From contig JBAZSZ010000001.1 of the NCBI GenBank assembly GCA_041662205.1, positions 226,494 through 290,493 of the forward strand: a stretch of 64,000 nucleotides of DNA. Direction: 5' to 3'. The notes under the pieces are model-generated. The model had not been told where the DNA came from. It did not search any database and worked only from the letters and a program-made list of their open reading frames with translations. This document shows positions 8,470-18,051 of this stretch, one piece after another. The DNA is from Minisyncoccota bacterium (GTDB lineage Bacteria; Patescibacteriota; Minisyncoccia; Phycocordibacterales; UBA9973). A program made the position numbers and the translations under genes. Numbering within the stretch: position 1 is the first letter of the stretch; each line of letters opens with the position of its first letter.

Positions 8470-8931
8470 ATGGAAAAGAAGAAGTTCTACGTATGTAGCA
8501 ACAACGGAGTTACAGCTGTTGTTACAGAGCAGACGCATAAGGATTTACAGAAGTATTGTGCTATTGGTTCTTGGTTTGATGAGACTGATGCAGAAAAACT
8601 GTACGAAGAGCGCAGGCTTCGCAGGACAGCAATAAGTTCTGCACTTGGGCATTTGTGTACTCCAACCTTTACGTTCACCCGTCCTGAACGTGCGAGTGTT
8701 TCCCCTTGGTTTACGGGCGACTCTGAGTTGTTTTGGGCACTAACTAAACACGTTGAGAACAACGGTGGAGTTTTATTGGACGGGAGTTGTTATGTCCCGT
8801 TCAGTAATGGAAGCGAGGTTGGGTTACATGGACATGAGGCATTGAAAGATGAACTCAGCTACGTAACCACAGAACAGCAGTTCCAGGAAACTTTCGGAAT
8901 CTCCATCTCGGAATTGATTAACAAAAAGTAG
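8470..8931 (+). CDS. Hypothetical protein
   Basis: 153-aa ORF with own promoter, AAGGA SD and terminator. Confidence 0.75.
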   Translation: MEKKKFYVCSNNGVTAVVTEQTHKDLQKYCAIGSWFDETDAEKLYEERRLRRTAISSALGHLCTPTFTFTRPERASVSPWFTGDSELFWALTKHVENNGGVLLDGSCYVPFSNGSEVGLHGHEALKDELSYVTTEQQFQETFGISISELINKK

Positions 8932-8942
8932 AGATCCCTATC

Positions 8943-8991
8943 ACCCCGTATTAGACAAAGCCCCGTGCTCGTCTATACGGGGTTTTGTTTT
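8943..8991 (+). terminator. Intrinsic terminator
   Basis: ACCCCGTA...TACGGGGT stem followed by T-rich tail. Confidence 0.75.
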
Positions 8992-9019
8992 GTAATATTA
9001 TTTTTAGTACCATAGAAGA

Positions 9020-9268
9020 ATGTATTATCTTTATATTCTTGAATGTGCTGACAAAACTCTATATACTGAAATTACCACAGATTTAAAAAGAAGGGCTGTA
9101 GAACATAATAATACAAGGTTGGGAGCAAAATATACTGTTTCTAGAAGACCGGTAAAGATTGTTTATTCTAAGAAATTCAAAAATAGATCTACCGCTTCAA
9201 AAGAAGAAGCTAGAATTAAAAAATTAAGGAAAAATAAAAAATTAGAATTAATAAATAATGGAAAGTAA
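9020..9268 (+). CDS. GIY-YIG nuclease family protein (UPF0213-like)
   Basis: YLYILEC...LYTEIT...RR..EHN...GAKYT..RRPV...E..IK. Confidence 0.85.
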   Translation: MYYLYILECADKTLYTEITTDLKRRAVEHNNTRLGAKYTVSRRPVKIVYSKKFKNRSTASKEEARIKKLRKNKKLELINNGK

Positions 9269-9671
9269 TTTTATGATTGAAGACATTTATCCAGAAGAAT
9301 GGCAAGAAACACGAGGTATTTATTCACCAGCCAAAAAGATTGATCTTGGAAGTACTTTTTTAATATTTGTGTCGGGTCAACAAGTTGAGAAAAATGAAAA
9401 CCACGAAGCTATAACGGACGATATTGAGGAACAAACAGAACTCGTATTTCAGGCTATTGAGAAAATATTAAAAGCTGCTAATGCTTCAATGGATGATGTA
9501 GTAAAAGCCCAGATATTTTTAACTAACATAAGTGACCTTCCAAAGGTTTCAGCCATCCGTGACAAATGGTTTGCGAAAAGTAAGCCAGCAAGCACCTTGG
9601 TTGAGGTTAAGGGAATGACTCGTAAGGGTGCGAAGGTTGAAATTGAAGTAACTGCGATTATTAAGAAATAA
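9258..9671 (+). CDS. RidA/YjgF family protein
   Basis: YSPA, FVSGQ, PASTLVEV, VEIEVTA. Confidence 0.9.
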   Translation: MESNFMIEDIYPEEWQETRGIYSPAKKIDLGSTFLIFVSGQQVEKNENHEAITDDIEEQTELVFQAIEKILKAANASMDDVVKAQIFLTNISDLPKVSAIRDKWFAKSKPASTLVEVKGMTRKGAKVEIEVTAIIKK

Positions 9672-9685
9672 TTATAATAAAAAAA

Positions 9686-10405
9686 ATGCGAAAAGAAATT
9701 CAATTAACAACTAAAGACGGACATATTATTTATGGAACATTCGATTCAGCCCAAAAGAGTAAAACTCTATTGATTTTTGTTCATGGATTTACGGGACATA
9801 GAAATGAACACCATTATTTTAACGCTGCTTCTTTTTTCCCAGAAAAAGGTTTTGATACATTCAGGTTTGATTTTTATGGAGGTAAGTTGAACGCACGTTT
9901 GCTAAGTAAAGTTTCTTTACAGGAACACATTTCTGACTTAAAACTTGTTATTGACACTTTCAAAGAAAAATACGATGACATCATTCTGATTGGACATAGT
10001 CTAGGATGTATAGTTGTATTAAATACTGATTTATCAGATATTTCAAAAATTGTTTTGTGGGATCCTTCAAGTAAATTAAAAAATTTAAAAGAAAAAAATG
10101 CTGAATATAACGCTGATTTAGATAAATATATTTTTAATTCAAGATTAAGTATAATTGTTTCTAAAGAATTAGTTAAGGAGTGGCAAGATGTTAATATAGG
10201 TAATTTAGCTGAAAAAATAAATGTCCCTTGTAAATTTATTTTTGCTGGAAATCATAATAAACTTGAAGTATGGAAACCATTTTTAAGTAAAATAAAGGTG
10301 GCTAATGAATTTGCAATAGTTGAAGGTGCTAGTCATGTATTTATTGAAGAAGGCGTTGAACAAAAACTTTTCGAAGAAACCCTTAATTACATTAAGGTAC
10401 AATAA
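9686..10405 (+). CDS. Alpha/beta hydrolase
   Basis: VHGFTG, GHSLG nucleophile, GASH. Confidence 0.88.
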   Translation: MRKEIQLTTKDGHIIYGTFDSAQKSKTLLIFVHGFTGHRNEHHYFNAASFFPEKGFDTFRFDFYGGKLNARLLSKVSLQEHISDLKLVIDTFKEKYDDIILIGHSLGCIVVLNTDLSDISKIVLWDPSSKLKNLKEKNAEYNADLDKYIFNSRLSIIVSKELVKEWQDVNIGNLAEKINVPCKFIFAGNHNKLEVWKPFLSKIKVANEFAIVEGASHVFIEEGVEQKLFEETLNYIKVQ

Positions 10406-10409
10406 AACT

Positions 10410-10877
10410 ATGAAACTGATCCTTGGTTCAGATTTTAGTTTTTTATTCAAATACGGTTACGGTCTAACTGGTATTCCTAAAGACCAAATAAAAATTGGAT
10501 ACATCACTACCGCCTCAAATGCTTTTCCTAATAGGGATTATATAAAAATCTTTAAAAAACAAATAGAAGAAAATGGTTATAATATTGAGGAAATTGATAT
10601 TGAAAAATTAAAAGGTACACCGTTTCAAAAAAGAGTTTGGGTAGCGTTAACTAAAATAAAAAAGGGAAGTACTATTACATACAAAGAACTTGCAAAAAAG
10701 ATAGGTAGACCTAACGCTGTGAGGGCAGTAGCAAATGCTGTTAGCTATAATCCTTTACCCGTTTCTATTCCTTGTCATAGAGTAATCCGAAGTGATGGAA
10801 CTCTCGGTGGATATTCGGGTAGGGGTGGCATAAAAATGAAACGTGCCCTACTTGTTAAGGAAGGAGTAAAATTATAG
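10410..10877 (+). CDS. ogt: Methylated-DNA-protein-cysteine methyltransferase with foreign N-terminus
   Basis: GTPFQKRVW, TYKELA, IPCHRV active site; start moved to MKLILGS. Confidence 0.85.
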   Translation: MKLILGSDFSFLFKYGYGLTGIPKDQIKIGYITTASNAFPNRDYIKIFKKQIEENGYNIEEIDIEKLKGTPFQKRVWVALTKIKKGSTITYKELAKKIGRPNAVRAVANAVSYNPLPVSIPCHRVIRSDGTLGGYSGRGGIKMKRALLVKEGVKL

Positions 10878-10906
10878 TTGTAAAATAAAAATGCTATACT
10901 TTAAAT

Positions 10907-12115
10907 ATGAAAAATAATTTAAAGATAACCATCATAGTACTTGCTTTTATTATCATTGGTGTTTTTATTTATTATTACAAAACAAAAATTACACCCTTTA
11001 ATGAAGGAACTCCAACGACAACGGAAAGCTCAATAATTAGCTTACCTGGTTTTCAAATACCGGAAGGTTTTTTATTTAGTATTTTTGCTAAGAATGTTCC
11101 TGGAGCTCGAGCGATAGAGCTCGACCCCAAAGGTCGTGTCGTAGTAAGTGAGACAGGCGAAGGCAAGATAGTCATGCTTTCTGACACAAATAATGATTTT
11201 ATTACTGACGAACAGAAAACACTTTTGAGTGGTTTGGAAAAACCACATGGTCTAGCGTTTAATTGTAATAATCTTAATGATGCATGTTTCTTATATGTCG
11301 CTGAGGCTAGCACTTTATCTAGATATTCTTATGATGCCCAAACTTTAATTCTCGGACCCAAAGAAAAACTTATGGAGATAAGCTCTTCTTTAGGAGATAG
11401 ACATTTTACTCGTTCACTCTTATTTTTACCTTCACCAAACGAGAATACGTTACTCGTTTCTGTCGGGTCTTCATGTGATGTCTGTCATGAAAAAGATGCT
11501 GAGCACGCGACGGTATTGTCTTATAATATAAAAACGGGGAAAAAAGAAGTGTATGCGAAGGGGCTTCGTAATTCAGTATTTATGACCCTAAATCCTGTTT
11601 CTGGTAAAGTTTTTGCCACGGAAATGGGTCGCGACAATCTAGGTGATAATCTACCACCAGATGAAATAAATATTATTGAAAAAGGAAATAATTATGGTTG
11701 GCCTATTTGTTATGGTAAAAATATTCATGACACCAAGTTTGATAAAAATACATATATCAGAAACCCATGTATGGAACCGTTCGAGACTTCTTCTTTTATA
11801 GATTTACAAGCACACTCTGCGCCACTTGGTCTTTCTTTTATACCTAAAGTTGGATGGCCAAAAGAATACCAACACAATCTCTTGGTTGCTTATCATGGTT
11901 CTTGGAATCGTAGTATACCCACTGGCTATAAAATAGTTCGCTTAAAAATGGATGCGCAAGGAAAATATCTTGGCGTTGAAGACTTTATTACTGGTTGGAT
12001 GACAAATGAAGGAAAGAAAATTGGTCGTCCCGTAGATATAGAAATTCTACCCAATGGGACTGCCTATATCTCAGACGATAGTTCTGGAGCTATTTATGTT
12101 CTACGTGTTAAATAA
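10907..12115 (+). CDS. PQQ-dependent glucose/sorbosone dehydrogenase family protein
   Basis: GSSCDVC, GLRNSV, PPDEIN, YGWP, HSAPLG, HGSWNRS, GRPVD. Confidence 0.9.
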   Translation: MKNNLKITIIVLAFIIIGVFIYYYKTKITPFNEGTPTTTESSIISLPGFQIPEGFLFSIFAKNVPGARAIELDPKGRVVVSETGEGKIVMLSDTNNDFITDEQKTLLSGLEKPHGLAFNCNNLNDACFLYVAEASTLSRYSYDAQTLILGPKEKLMEISSSLGDRHFTRSLLFLPSPNENTLLVSVGSSCDVCHEKDAEHATVLSYNIKTGKKEVYAKGLRNSVFMTLNPVSGKVFATEMGRDNLGDNLPPDEINIIEKGNNYGWPICYGKNIHDTKFDKNTYIRNPCMEPFETSSFIDLQAHSAPLGLSFIPKVGWPKEYQHNLLVAYHGSWNRSIPTGYKIVRLKMDAQGKYLGVEDFITGWMTNEGKKIGRPVDIEILPNGTAYISDDSSGAIYVLRVK

Positions 12116-12152
12116 TTGTTATTTTATAAAACAATTTTAGATAAAAATCTAT

Positions 12153-13301
12153 TTATCTCCACCCTTTTACCACTTGCCACTTTATATTAAGTGCAGCACC
12201 GAGAGTTATGGCTGAGGAAACGCATATTATAATCCAACCTAGGAAAGGTATTAATCCAAGAAGAGAACAAATTATTACACCCAATAAGATAGTTTTCCAA
12301 TTAACAACATAGACAGATTTTTTAAATATCCATTTGTAAATGAGAGCACCTAGGAATATCGGAGTTATTATGCCCGTATAGATAAAAAGCATAATGAAAG
12401 AAAGTAATCCGAGGATACCGAAGGGGATTCCAATGATGCTAATAAGGAGAATAATTGAAAGCACAGGAAGAACGATAATAGTAATAATGCCCCGTCCTAG
12501 TTCTTTGAGAGGGTTTGCGGTAGCTTTTTCTACGAGTTCTTGGCTGTAACGTCGGAAAATAAGTCCGACAATGAGGGCTGTGGCTAATAACATAAGGAAT
12601 TTAGCTATAAGTACAAAGGTAAAGAATCCAAGCATCCATGTAGCTATATTTTTATTCGCTCTATCACTTACCTTTAATTGAGTGAAAATAGTTTCCCCAC
12701 GTACTTTGCCTCTTTCTTCAATAGTGATAGGATTTGCTGCCTCATAATTAAGATTGCCTTTTATGTTAGCATTTGGCCCTAAGGTTAATTTTTTTGTTTT
12801 AATATTCACATTGCCTTCTATAGGAGCATTGATGTAAATTTCTCCACCAGCCATTTTTACACTTCCTTTAACTTCAGAATCCATCCTAATTGTTCCGCCT
12901 GCTACTGTTAGATCTCCACCTATTGATTTACCAGATAATATTATCTGTCCTCCACCTACAACTACGTCACCTAAAACATTTCCACTTATAATGATATTTC
13001 CACCACCTATGCGAACGTCTCCAGAAACTTGATTAGAAACTGTGATATTGCCACCTACGACAAATAGATCTTCTGTAACCAATCCAGATACGAGTACTGT
13101 GCCACCAGCAATTAAAAGATCCTTGTTTGCATTTCCAGCACTAACAGCAGTTCCACCCGCCATATAAAGATTACCCTCTGTTTTTTCTAAAGAGGTGAGA
13201 GATATTTGTTGCCCAGCTCTGAACTCGGCAGCAAACCCTAAAACAGGAAACACTAATAAAATTAATATTAATACTACAAGAACCCTGTTAAAGTTTTTCA
13301 T
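12153..13301 (-). CDS. Bactofilin/polymer-forming-repeat membrane protein
   Basis: Signal peptide, repeated xGGxV.V.G.V.GD units, C-terminal TM helices. Confidence 0.75.
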   Translation of the reverse strand: MKNFNRVLVVLILILLVFPVLGFAAEFRAGQQISLTSLEKTEGNLYMAGGTAVSAGNANKDLLIAGGTVLVSGLVTEDLFVVGGNITVSNQVSGDVRIGGGNIIISGNVLGDVVVGGGQIILSGKSIGGDLTVAGGTIRMDSEVKGSVKMAGGEIYINAPIEGNVNIKTKKLTLGPNANIKGNLNYEAANPITIEERGKVRGETIFTQLKVSDRANKNIATWMLGFFTFVLIAKFLMLLATALIVGLIFRRYSQELVEKATANPLKELGRGIITIIVLPVLSIILLISIIGIPFGILGLLSFIMLFIYTGIITPIFLGALIYKWIFKKSVYVVNWKTILLGVIICSLLGLIPFLGWIIICVSSAITLGAALNIKWQVVKGWR

Positions 13302-13387
13302 ATGTATATATTATACAACGCATATTTCTCACTGCAACATTACAATCTCGCATTGATATATTTATATTTTTATATTAGAATTTATCA

Positions 13388-13978
13388 ATGGAACCTAAAA
13401 ACGCATTGCCTCACAAAGGAAAAAGATTAATCATAACTGGAATTCCTACTATTGGTAAAACTAGTTTAGCCAAACGTCTCGCAGAAGCAACTGGAGGAAT
13501 TTTTGTTTCCGCTGATGATGTTCGCCACGAGCTTCGGCCAGACCCAAAATATACAGATGCTACAAATTTTTGGAAAAATAAAAACAAGAGAACCTATTAT
13601 ATAAAAACATCCTATGCTCAACAATGGAAAAATATTGTCTCTCAATCTGAAAAATTATGGGAAGGAATGCTGAATAAAATAAATAGTTATGCAAATGAAG
13701 AAAAACCTGTTATTTTTGAAGGGGTTAGTTTTTTGCCACATTTAGTACATAAGGATTTGAATATTCCTTGTATGGTGATAGCCGGTGCTACCCTTGAAGA
13801 GGTGGTAGAAAAAAATAAAGACAAACCTGTTTGGGAAAATACAGAGTTAGAATTACAATCTGCCGCTTTTTTCCTAGGTGATCAGCCATATTTTAAAGCA
13901 GAAGCTGAAAAATATAATTACCCAGTGTTTACAAACAATGACATAGCTTTTAAAGAAGCTCTTAAGATTCTAGAATAG
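13388..13978 (+). CDS. P-loop kinase-like protein
   Basis: ITGIPTIGKTS Walker A, IFEG. Confidence 0.75.
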   Translation: MEPKNALPHKGKRLIITGIPTIGKTSLAKRLAEATGGIFVSADDVRHELRPDPKYTDATNFWKNKNKRTYYIKTSYAQQWKNIVSQSEKLWEGMLNKINSYANEEKPVIFEGVSFLPHLVHKDLNIPCMVIAGATLEEVVEKNKDKPVWENTELELQSAAFFLGDQPYFKAEAEKYNYPVFTNNDIAFKEALKILE

Positions 13979-13980
13979 TT

Positions 13981-14316
13981 ATGGCAACGATAGAAGATTT
14001 TGAAAAATTAGATATACGGGTTGGTAAAATTATTGAGGTTGAGGACCATCCAGAAGCCAGAAAGCCCGGATATAAATTAAAAATAGATTTTGGTCCTGAA
14101 GTTGGAATCAAAAATTCATTTTCTCAAATAGCGATATTTTATGAAAAAGAAGCTTTGATGGGGAAGCTGGTCTTAGGTGTGGTAAATTTTCCAATTAGGA
14201 AAATCGGATCTTTCGAATCTGAAGCCCTGACCCTCGGCGTGCCTGACGCAGAAGGCAAAGTTGTTCTATTGGTACCAGACAAAGACAACGCAGTGATAGG
14301 AGGGAAGTTGTATTAA
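13981..14316 (+). CDS. csaA: CsaA tRNA-binding/export chaperone
   Basis: DFEKLDIRVG, ARKP, IDFGPEVG, VVNFP, SEALTLG. Confidence 0.9.
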   Translation: MATIEDFEKLDIRVGKIIEVEDHPEARKPGYKLKIDFGPEVGIKNSFSQIAIFYEKEALMGKLVLGVVNFPIRKIGSFESEALTLGVPDAEGKVVLLVPDKDNAVIGGKLY

Positions 14317-14324
14317 TTCTAAAT

Positions 14325-14368
14325 AAAAAAGGGGCTGTTGCGATTGTTGCAAAAGCCCCTGATCTTTT
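14325..14368. terminator. Bidirectional terminator between csaA and cysE
   Basis: AGGGGCT...AGCCCCT stem with A6 on the left and T-rich right flank. Confidence 0.75.
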
Positions 14369-14372
14369 GATA

Positions 14373-14894
14373 CTATTCCTCCTTTCTATTTTTCCCGACA
14401 ATTCTATCTAGTACGCCGACTGTCGTTGAATCATCAAGAACGTTCTTTAGAACCACAGCATTGGCTCCGATTTTTACATTGTTCCCAATGTTAATATTGC
14501 CGAGTATCTTTGCACCGGCTCCAACTTCAACATTGTTACCAAGAGTAGGATGCCTCTTACCTTTTTCCTTACCAGTACCTCCAAGAGTTGCCCCTTGGTA
14601 AATGAGACAATTCTCTCCGATCTCAGCAGTTTCTCCTATGACCACACCCATGCCATGGTCAATCACAAGTCCGTCGCCTATTTGTGCTGCAGGATGTATT
14701 TCTACACCCGTTAGGAATCTAATAAACTGAGAAATTATTCTTGCTATCAGCTTAAAGTTTTTTCCCCATACCCAGTGCGATACTTTATAACCAAGTATCG
14801 CGTGCAAACCTGGGTAGCACAATAATACTTCCAGCACCGTTCGAGCCGCTGGATCCCTCTCAAAAATTGCCTCAATCTCTCTTTTGATGAACAT
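14373..14894 (-). CDS. cysE: Serine O-acetyltransferase
   Basis: [49 protein letters not shown]; AAGGAGG SD. Confidence 0.95.
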   Translation of the reverse strand: MFIKREIEAIFERDPAARTVLEVLLCYPGLHAILGYKVSHWVWGKNFKLIARIISQFIRFLTGVEIHPAAQIGDGLVIDHGMGVVIGETAEIGENCLIYQGATLGGTGKEKGKRHPTLGNNVEVGAGAKILGNINIGNNVKIGANAVVLKNVLDDSTTVGVLDRIVGKNRKEE

Positions 14895-14937
14895 ACCCTC
14901 ATCCTCCTTTTTATTTTGTTTTCAATTTGCAATGTTT

Positions 14938-15042
14938 TTACAAGAAAACACCAGTCTTTTTAAAAGGCTGGTGTTTGGGTTGTAAGTTTTTTAGAGATTA
15001 TATTTACAGTTCAAAAATCAGCCTTTTAAATTTAAAGCTGAG
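14938..15042 (-). promoter_or_regulatory. Transcription attenuator upstream of cysE
   Basis: Pause hairpin 15018-15041; 12-bp antiterminator 15019-15030 with 14959-14970; terminator 14946-14976 plus U-rich tail. Confidence 0.8.
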
Positions 15043-15101
15043 CAACAACAAAAAAGTGTAGTAGTGAAAGAAAAAGTGTTTTGTAATAATTCCCGATCCA
15101 T
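15018..15101 (-). CDS. Cysteine leader peptide MDRELLQNTFSFTTTLFCCCSALNLKG
   Basis: Hand-translated; TGT TGT TGC at 15042-15050; TTTACA-17-TATATA promoter 6 nt before ATG. Confidence 0.8.
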   Translation of the reverse strand: MDRELLQNTFSFTTTLFCCCSALNLKG

Positions 15102-15164
15102 GATTTATATATAGCATTAATTAGATTATGTGTAAAGAGTTTCTACTAGTGCTATAATTAATTC

Positions 15165-16361
15165 ATGACAAATGATGATTATGGAATTTGGCTCGAAGGG
15201 TTAGAACGCGCAAATTATCCACGGGGTGTTTTGCCTGATGAAACAGAAATTTTAATCATAGGTGGAGGTATCACAGGAGTAACTGGTGCATATTTATTAG
15301 CAAAAGAGGGAAAACAAGTAGTTTTATTAGAAAAGAAAAAATTAGGAGAATGGGTTACTTATTGTACGACTGGTTTTTTGACGCAAGCGTTAGACACCGA
15401 TCCTATTAAATTAATTAAATTGTTTGGGAAAGAAAAAGCTCGTAATATTTTAGCATCACACCTTGAAGCCATTGATAGCATAGAAAATATAATAAAAACC
15501 GAAATGATAGAGTGTGAATTCGAACGTTGTAATAATTATATTTATGCTAACAGTGAAAGGGAAGAAAAAAAACTTATAAAAATAGCTGAGGCTTTTTTGG
15601 AGTTAAATGTAAAATGTGAATATAAAAAAGATAATAATTTAAAATTCTCTAAGTTTGGTTATATTGAAATGCCTAATCAGGCAAAATTTCACGTGATGAA
15701 GTATTTAACCATGCTCGCTAAAAAAGCAAGCAAATATGGTGCTACAATAGCTGAGGACACAGAGGTTTTAAATTTAAATGATAAAAAAGATTTTGTGGAA
15801 ATAGTTGTTAAGGAAAGTGGAACAATTAAAGCTAAAAAAGTTTTTTCTGTTACCCATAATCCCTTTGGAAAACCACCCTATTTATTACGTAAATTCAAAA
15901 TGTATCGCACTTATGTTCTTGAATATAAAATACCTTCAAATTCTCTTATGCAAGGCACCTATCAAGACAATTTAGAGCCATATCATTATTTTAGAATTGA
16001 TCAAAAAAATGGTTTTGATCGAATGATAATAGGTGGAGCTGACCATTTGAATGAAAAGAAAATGGATCGAGAATTAAATTTTATAGAATTAAGAAATTAT
16101 ACAAAAGAAATGTTTGGATATTTATCATACGAAGAAATTCGTCATTGGTCTGGAGTGATACCAGAACCTATTGATGAATTACCTTTTATTGGGGAATTAA
16201 AAAGTAGTAATATTTTTCAGGCTTTCGCTTTTTCTGGAAGTGGTATGACTTACAGCTACATTGCTAGCAAAATATTCTTAGATCAATTAACCTTACAAGA
16301 TAATATTTATTCAAAAATTTATAACATTAAACGCAATGTTTTTCATACACCCAATTCGTAA
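15165..16361 (+). CDS. FAD-dependent oxidoreductase (DAO/YhfW-like, no Rieske domain)
   Basis: IIGGGITG, QAKFH, PYHYFR, GGADH, FSGSGMT. Confidence 0.85.
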   Translation: MTNDDYGIWLEGLERANYPRGVLPDETEILIIGGGITGVTGAYLLAKEGKQVVLLEKKKLGEWVTYCTTGFLTQALDTDPIKLIKLFGKEKARNILASHLEAIDSIENIIKTEMIECEFERCNNYIYANSEREEKKLIKIAEAFLELNVKCEYKKDNNLKFSKFGYIEMPNQAKFHVMKYLTMLAKKASKYGATIAEDTEVLNLNDKKDFVEIVVKESGTIKAKKVFSVTHNPFGKPPYLLRKFKMYRTYVLEYKIPSNSLMQGTYQDNLEPYHYFRIDQKNGFDRMIIGGADHLNEKKMDRELNFIELRNYTKEMFGYLSYEEIRHWSGVIPEPIDELPFIGELKSSNIFQAFAFSGSGMTYSYIASKIFLDQLTLQDNIYSKIYNIKRNVFHTPNS

Positions 16362-17424
16362 TTTTTATGGCAGATTTGAGCGCCCGATTTCCTCTTTATC
16401 TCTTATTTCGGGTTTCGTATTTGACGCGCTCACGCTCAAGAGGGTAGACACCCTTTGGGAAAATATTTGGATTCTGGGACATCTTCTTATCGTTGGTATT
16501 TTTATTACCTTGATTCATCTTCAAGAAAATGAAGAGGGGGGTGAAAGAAATCCTAAAAAAGCGCATTTTTGGTATGTAAATATTTTACAGTTTTTCTTTG
16601 GGGGAATTCTCTCGACCTATTTAGTCTTTTATTTTCGTAGCGCGGACATCTTTGTCACTTGGCCATTTATTGCTCTGCTGGTTCTAGCTTTTGTTGCTAA
16701 TGAATCATTAAAAAGGCATTACATAAGACTTAGTTTTCAGATTAGCTTATTTTTTCTTTCTATTTATTCTTTTGCTATTTTCCTAGTCCCAGTGATTTTA
16801 CATAAGATCGGTGCTTGGGTATTTCTACTTTCAGGATTTCTTAGTTTAATCTTTATTGTGGTATTTTTACTAATTTTGTTTCATTTTATCAAAGACAAGT
16901 TTTCTGAGAGCAAAAAATTAATTATATCTCTAATTTTAGGGATTTTTATTTTAATTAATTTTCTATATTTTACCAATTTAATTCCACCGATCCCGCTTTC
17001 CTTAAAAGATGCTGTAGTGTATCACTCAATCCAAAAAAATACGAGAGGGAATTATGATGTAACTTATGAAGACCATGGCTGGAGAGGGTATTTTAATTTA
17101 TATCCAGACTTCAACCAAGTTGGGGGAGTTCCCGTATATGCTTTTAGCGCCATTTTTTCTCCAAAGAATTTAAATCTTACCATCATTCACGAATGGCAAC
17201 ACTATGATGAAGTTCGAAAGAAATGGATGACTGAGAGCACAATAAATTTGCCTGTAATAGGTGGTAGAGACGGTGGTTTCCGTACATATTCAATGCGTTA
17301 TGGTCTAGACACTGGCAAATGGCGAGTGAATGTAAAAACAAAGCAAGGTCAAACGATAGGTGTTATAAGATTTAAAATCATTCAATCAGATACAGTGCCT
17401 GCGCTTACTGAGGGGGTAAAATAG
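16336..17424 (+). CDS. DUF2914-like membrane protein
   Basis: Multiple TM, IPPIPLSL, GGRDGGFRTYS, GKWRVNV. Confidence 0.75.
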   Translation: MFFIHPIRNFYGRFERPISSLSLISGFVFDALTLKRVDTLWENIWILGHLLIVGIFITLIHLQENEEGGERNPKKAHFWYVNILQFFFGGILSTYLVFYFRSADIFVTWPFIALLVLAFVANESLKRHYIRLSFQISLFFLSIYSFAIFLVPVILHKIGAWVFLLSGFLSLIFIVVFLLILFHFIKDKFSESKKLIISLILGIFILINFLYFTNLIPPIPLSLKDAVVYHSIQKNTRGNYDVTYEDHGWRGYFNLYPDFNQVGGVPVYAFSAIFSPKNLNLTIIHEWQHYDEVRKKWMTESTINLPVIGGRDGGFRTYSMRYGLDTGKWRVNVKTKQGQTIGVIRFKIIQSDTVPALTEGVK

Positions 17425-17965
17425 AAATGAGTTTCTCTAAACCTTGTTCATCATAAAGTATTGTTTGTAAATTTGGATATTTTTTGAAATCTAGGTCTTC
17501 AAAATATTGGACTTTATCATCTATAAATATTACTTTTTCCTCCCTGAATCTCTCGCATATATTTTCTACCGCCGTTTTTTTACTTCCTTGCAATATAATA
17601 ATTTCAGAAAATAGCGGAGTAGCACCAATTCTTTCTATTTTGTCATTTTGGAATTCTGTACCACCATGAGTTATCAAAAAACAATTTTCTTTCCCAATTT
17701 TTTTTATTTTTTCAAGCAATTCTGTATTTATAAAATTTTTATTTTCCTCCATTATTTCTTCATATAATTTTTCTTGAATTTCTTTATCTGAAAGAAAGTG
17801 AGCTAACATACTTTTTAATGAAAGTCCTTCTAGTCGTGCTTTTTTATAATACTTTTCAATTTCAAAAAGGGGTATACCAGCTTTTTGCAGTAAAACAAAC
17901 ATATGTTCCTTGCGATGTTTAGTGGTTTGGAATAAAACATCATCGAAATCAAAAATATATTTCAT
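17405..17965 (-). CDS. HAD-superfamily hydrolase
   Basis: FDFDDVL, IT.G, FIDDK; start moved to MKYIF. Confidence 0.8.
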   Translation of the reverse strand: MKYIFDFDDVLFQTTKHRKEHMFVLLQKAGIPLFEIEKYYKKARLEGLSLKSMLAHFLSDKEIQEKLYEEIMEENKNFINTELLEKIKKIGKENCFLITHGGTEFQNDKIERIGATPLFSEIIILQGSKKTAVENICERFREEKVIFIDDKVQYFEDLDFKKYPNLQTILYDEQGLEKLISILPPQ

Positions 17966-17981
17966 ATATTTAATATAACAT

Positions 17982-18030
17982 AAAAAAAATAAGCCCACTT
18001 GTAACAACATAGTCGTGCAAAGTGGGCTTA
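17982..18030 (-). terminator. Intrinsic terminator after pfkB-like gene
   Basis: TAAGCCCACTT/AAGTGGGCTTA stem then U-run on minus strand. Confidence 0.8.
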
Positions 18031-18051
18031 AATTGTGTGATGATATTCCAA

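Noticed and set aside
9020-9268. YTE instead of YTG in the GIY-YIG protein as inactivation
   Set aside because: A single substitution that could be a sequence error; not testable here
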